NCBI RefSeq assembly: GCF_009914755.1
Contig: NC_060926.1
Source: the human T2T-CHM13v2.0 reference genome, Homo sapiens
Length of the DNA: 64,000 bases
Direction: 5' to 3' (one strand)
The position numbers and the translations under genes were made by a program. Shown here piece by piece: positions 63,978 through 64,000 of this stretch. Within the stretch, counting starts at the first letter, position 1. Every line of letters begins with the position of its first letter. The notes below the pieces were generated by a model. That model made no database searches, had not been told where the DNA came from, and saw only the letters and a program-made list of their open reading frames with translations.

Positions 63978-64000
63978 GGCTGGGTGCGGTGGCTCATGCC
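63978..64000 (+). mobile_element. Start of an Alu cut by the window edge
   Basis: ggctgggtgcggtggctcatgcc. Confidence 0.85.

Overview
This window is primate (human-like), AT-rich, non-coding DNA, either intergenic or deep intronic. I recognise no host protein-coding exon, tRNA, rRNA or CRISPR array. Repeats dominate: 10 Alus, a full-length but inactivated L1PA7-like element (24.3-30.7 kb), an old near-full-length L1MB-like element, several truncated L1s, MaLR/ERVL solo LTRs, MIR/L2/CR1 relics, DNA-transposon MITEs and microsatellites. The longer ORFs in the track are L1/Alu/microsatellite read-throughs. Subfamily names come from my recall of consensus sequences, not from a RepeatMasker run. 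I found no evidence for a new gene system. The most notable signals are a cluster of rearrangement fossils at 8.5-19.7 kb: three twin-primed (5'-inverted) L1s, two of them nested, two inverted copies of neighbouring DNA, and a multi-template micro-insertion. Also notable are an LTR inserted in the centre of a 16-bp palindrome, two Alus sharing a triplicated target site, an open ORF0 homologue, and tentative lncRNA exon/promoter signals.
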